DNA of 63,996 nucleotides, filler included, from Piptocephalis cylindrospora (lineage: Eukaryota), in the NCBI GenBank assembly GCA_003614145.1. It is 9 parts of 9 records of this genome, joined end to end, with 100 filler letters (N's around TTAATTAATTAA, not from the genome) between each part and the next. Parts side by side here need not be neighbours in the genome. Positions count along the whole stretch, not along the records: positions 57,523 to 63,996 come from KZ988283.1; 8 more parts are not named here. The stretch is one strand, 5' to 3'. Below, piece after piece: positions 60,722 through 63,996 of the stretch; the first letter of the stretch is position 1; each line of letters opens with the position of its first letter. A program made the position numbers and the translations under genes. The notes under the pieces were generated by a model that saw only the letters and a program-made list of their open reading frames with translations, searched no databases and was not told where the DNA came from.

Positions 60722-61420
60722 GTAGTAGATGATGTGGTCGGCCCCGGCCTTCTTAGCCAACACGGCCTTTTCTTCCGTCGAGGTCGTTCCAATAACGGTG
60801 GCTCCCGCGAGCTTGCACAGCTGGCAGAGGAGGAGCCCGGTGCCGCCGGCAGCGGCCTGGATCAGCACCCAGTCTCCAGGACGGACGGTGTAAGCGAGAC
60901 GGGTGAGTGACAAAGCTGTTAAGCCCTGGAGGAAGGAAGCAGCGCCCACATCAGCCTTAACGGTGTCGGGGAGCTTTATAGTAGTCATAGTAGGGACCAA
61001 AGAGTACTGGGCATACGAGCCAACTCCGGCATAGGCAACGCGATCTCCCAGGGAAAAGCCCTTGACCCCCTCTCCGATCCCAACTACTTGACCTGCGCCC
61101 TCCCGCCCCAGGATTAGGGGTAGATCAACAGGGTAGAGGCCAGTACGATGGTAGGTGTCAATAAAGTTGACGCCCGACATCTGGTTCCGGACCAGGAGTT
61201 GGTTAGGACCAGGGGTGGTAGGGACCGGGACATCACGGAGCTTAAGCACAGAGCTATCTCCGTTCTCGGTAATTTGAATGGCCTTTTGTGTGGTGGGAAG
61301 AGAGGACATGGTGTAGCGGGTGTTGGCTTGGAAGGAGGATTGGATAGGGAAGGTGGTGGGGGGAAGGGAACGATAGGATCGCTGGAGTGCCAGTCGAGGA
61401 AGACGGAAGAGTGTGGCCAT
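60722..61420 (-). CDS. Zeta-crystallin/quinone oxidoreductase (Zta1-like), N-terminal half
   Basis: GVNFIDTYHRTGLYP...LGREGAG...GDRVAY...LQGLTA...AAAGGTG; breaks off at ADHIIYY. Confidence 0.9.
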
Positions 61421-63045
61421 GGAGTGTGGGAAAAGAAGGGTGAGACGAACCTTGCGGAATTGAAAGGACTGTGATGAAAAAGCGCTCAAATCGCCATGAT
61501 GTAGGGATGATGCGATGCACGCACACATAATAATGTAGTATAGTTAGAGAGGGATGCTTGGACTCGTCCATCTTATAAAAATGTATACTCAATAAAATAT
61601 TGAAGAACGGATTGCACAATGGAAGAAATGTCCTTGATGGGCTACATAAACTTCTCATTGTACTTGTCCAAGGACATGAACGGGTACGTCCTCATAATTA
61701 TTACCGGGATAGACTTGTAATTATGAGTAGTCGTTGAGGGAGTCCCATCAGCCTATCCTTACCCCGAGTTGGAAGGTGGAGTGCGGAGTAGTGTATTTTC
61801 TTTTTGAACACAACTATCTTGTTTGATGGCGTACATTGACAGAACCGCCTGATGGGGACATGGATGATTGGAGGTGAGGGAGACCTAAAGAAGGGCCAAT
61901 TTGAGGAGCCTATGAACAGCACATCAATTCTAGAAGAAGCTACAGTTAATCTAGAAAAAACAAGGTGGTGTTTGACAGGAGTAGGGTTGCTTCAGTGCAT
62001 CACACTGACCTCCCATCCCTATCCCTCCCTTTATCAGTATCTAGAACAGGCTGAGTGACCCGGAAGGCCTCATGACCTGTATTGTTCGACAGCGCCTCCA
62101 TGCTTTGAACCTTAGTGAGAGGGACTGGGTCTGTGAAATGCGTCAAAGAGTATGTACACACTGTACCCGGGTCATGTTGCTCGGTCACCAGGTTCCTTTG
62201 AGAGAGGCATTCTCATGCACAACCAAGAAGCACATTGTCCTTGACCCACGACCTCAATGAGTATCCTGGGAGAATAACAGTATTGACTGTAATACTGGCC
62301 AGTAGATGGAAATTCTACCCCTTAGCCATTTCGTTCCCAGATGCAATGTCTTTTCTCTTATAATGCCAGGAAACTCTTATCATTCCCAGTAACCTGCAGG
62401 AAGTATAGGGGGTTTACTTTGGTAGAAAAAGTACTCCATAGTAACTCCCGCATCCTTTTCCTTGCTCCTCTTGACACTAGGATAGGCCCGCACTGCCCTT
62501 CCCGGCCGCTGCAGATGGATGGGCCTGTGGGCGTAGAGGAGCCTTGGTTAGGCGGGCGAGGAAAGTTGTGTGTGGGGAGGTTGAACAAAGGGGCCCTGGG
62601 TGGTACAGGCGATGATGATGGCTTGGGAAGGGAGAAGACAAAGGGATTCCCTGCTCCATAGGTCGTCCCACAAGTATAGATGTATGTGCCATAGTTAGCG
62701 ATGGATAGCGTTCATATGATGGGAGCAAAGGCCACCTACCTCTCACCTTGGCACATTCTGACTAGGCTTGACAGGGGGTATTCTACAGCTTGGAACCTCC
62801 TATTGTCGATGTGGAGACTGCTGCTGCGTACAACATAGAGTCATCATTGCCACAATCTTTCCATTCTCCGCCATAGTCCGGTCCATTCTCTGCCACTCTC
62901 AGTGTCCCGATTGATCGAGCGACAATGCGTCAGTGGCTCGTCAAATGGAGCGGAGATGGGGCTGTTCCCGCTCCTTGCATCAACCCCCCCTCCTCATTCC
63001 CACTCACCCTTCCTTTCTTTTTGGTCTTTCCCCGTCTCTCAGAAC

Positions 63046-63053
63046 TATATAAA
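63046..63053 (+). promoter_or_regulatory. TATA box candidate
   Basis: TATATAAA followed by a pyrimidine-rich leader, ~390 bp before ATG 63442. Confidence 0.4.
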
Positions 63054-63441
63054 CCTCTCATATTTCCCTCTGCGTTCTCACTTTTCCTTCATTCATTTTT
63101 ATCATACCTATTCACACACTTCACTTCTCTCCCTCCAGCTTTCATCCCGCCTCTCTGTCCCCGCCCTCACCCTACATCCTTCCACCGTCCTGCCCCCTTC
63201 TTCCTCCCCTTTCCCGTGTCTAAAGGCGCATGCTAACAACCTAACCTGTCCCCCCCCCCCCCTTTCTGTCCTCCCCCACCACCTCTATCTTGTTCTCTAT
63301 TCATTGCACCTAAGTTGCCTATTACACATTGAGCATTACTTCACCAACCTACACCTCGTCTATTCACCTCTCTTCCTTCCAATTTCACCTGCATCTATTC
63401 CCATCCCTAGTCATTGCCTCGCTTTTCATCCATATTTAACG

Positions 63442-63996
63442 ATGGGCCAGGCTTCTTCTACACACACTCTGTCTCCTCCACCCAGAGCATCCTCTGTATC
63501 TCCCCCTAGCTCTCCCATCCCAGGAGAGAATTCTGACAAGCCGGATCTCCAGTCCCGGTTTCAGCGACCTGCTCTAACCAAGAGCGTATCCATGGACTAT
63601 TTTAGTCCCATGACTGCAAGCACTCTTCCAGACCCCAAGAAACCCATCCGACGCAGACTTCGGGAGCGGTCCTTCAAGTCCTCATTTCGTGTTTTCCGCC
63701 GAGGAGACATTTCCATCCCTCCCCTCCCGATGGTGGACGCTCGACCTTCACATCCTTCGGGCCCTCCAGGGTCCAATTGTCCTCGAAGCCCCAAATTCCT
63801 CCGCTTCTGGAACTCACCCCCCTCTCAATGCACTGTACCTTGGGGTCAGATGGGTCCTGACCAATGGCACCTCAATGGAGGTGAAGGCTATGCCGAGTAC
63901 GAGGATTCCCACGACCGGAGGAGCCTCAATCCCGAAGAGCTGTGGTGGTCCTACGGCCGCCTATGTCATACCTTTCCCGGAGTCCTGTATCCCCTG
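63442..63996 (+). CDS. ORF running off the window (185 codons seen); MGQASS N-terminus, possibly a second LaeA-like methyltransferase
   Basis: Hand translation is open to the window end (MGQASSTHTLSPPP...EELWWSYGRLCHTFPGVLYPL). Absent from the ORF track because there is no stop. Confidence 0.6.
   Translation, partial: MGQASSTHTLSPPPRASSVSPPSSPIPGENSDKPDLQSRFQRPALTKSVSMDYFSPMTASTLPDPKKPIRRRLRERSFKSSFRVFRRGDISIPPLPMVDARPSHPSGPPGSNCPRSPKFLRFWNSPPSQCTVPWGQMGPDQWHLNGGEGYAEYEDSHDRRSLNPEELWWSYGRLCHTFPGVLYPL

Overview
Eukaryotic, intron-containing fungal DNA, most consistent with an early-diverging (non-Dikarya) fungus; a Zoopagomycota/Mucoromycota-grade lineage is an inference from gene content, not a database result. 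The window is not one locus. It is nine separate ~7.1 kb contigs in descending size order (complete ones 7127, 7096, 7089, 7086, 7072, 7062, 7053 bp) joined by eight artificial 100-bp linkers (N44-TTAATTAATTAA-N44). About 25 protein genes or fragments and one tRNA-Pro(AGG) are supported, including PWP2, MLH1, metaxin/Sam35, DCAF4-like, FKBP25, Ett1/Nro1, Reg1-like, YPD1, OSGIN-like, ChAP, NOSIP, URM1, a RanBP1-domain protein, PLD, acid phosphatase, allantoinase, a LaeA-like methyltransferase, an FAD monooxygenase, a quinone reductase and an SP-RING SUMO ligase. Several striking rearrangements (two exact 55-bp contig-end copies, a fold-back repeat, a 1148-bp tandem duplication) look like amplification or assembly chimeras. 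I found no convincing multi-gene novel system. The best biological leads are single loci: a three-repeat autoantigen-p27 Zn-ribbon protein apparently built by exon duplication, a hemerythrin-like protein lacking several metal ligands, an OSGIN-like flavoprotein, an animal-type FKBP25, and an AT-rich 32-bp repeat island next to a tRNA with a non-canonical D-loop. Family assignments come from recognised motifs, not from searches.
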